NCBI RefSeq assembly: GCF_006345805.1
Contig: NW_021831705.1
Span: forward strand, 1 to 34,413
Reading direction: 5' to 3'
Length of the DNA: 34,413 nucleotides
DNA from: Octopus sinensis
Taxonomy: Eukaryota
The notes beneath the pieces are model-generated. The model did no database searches. It was not told the DNA's origin and saw nothing but the letters and a program-made list of their open reading frames with translations. This document shows positions 34,413-34,413 of this stretch, piece by piece. Both the position numbers and the translations under genes were made by a program. How positions within the stretch are numbered: position 1 is the first letter of the stretch; the number at the start of each line of letters is the position of its first letter.

Positions 34413-34413
34413 G

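Overview
Eukaryotic, AT-rich, repeat-dense intronic DNA. The SINE, microsatellite and Penelope content suggests an octopod cephalopod, which is my inference and not a database result. The only host gene is a minus-strand M13-family zinc metallopeptidase (neprilysin/ECE-like). The ORF track mostly misses it because it is split into seven small GT-AG exons (32235-32107, 24865-24767, 20675-20607, 17402-17299, 10761-10703, 10080-10029, 4618-4551). These splice in frame to about 193 aa containing VNAFY, FPAGILQ and the HEFTH zinc motif; both ends of the gene lie outside the window. The introns hold a full-length but frameshifted mariner, other mariner remnants, a stop-free 3' fragment of a Tx1/L1-type LINE inside a (GATA)n tract, and Penelope-like (GIY-YIG) relics. 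They also hold several SINE families, fold-back MITEs, a tRNA-Pro(CGG) copy and a 3.5 kb (GGAT)n array. The most notable observations are: (1) four minimal hammerhead-ribozyme-like motifs; (2) an apparent pre-tRNA-Pro plus SINE-trimer chimera bounded by one 11-bp direct repeat; (3) single-head SINEs carrying 1-4 tandem ~184-bp bodies with a shared junction; (4) one SINE family whose internal microsatellite is repeatedly hit by other elements. Almost all long ORFs in the supplied track are translated microsatellites. I found no prokaryotic system or CRISPR array. All alignments and folds were done by eye, so repeat boundaries are approximate (about 10-20 bp).
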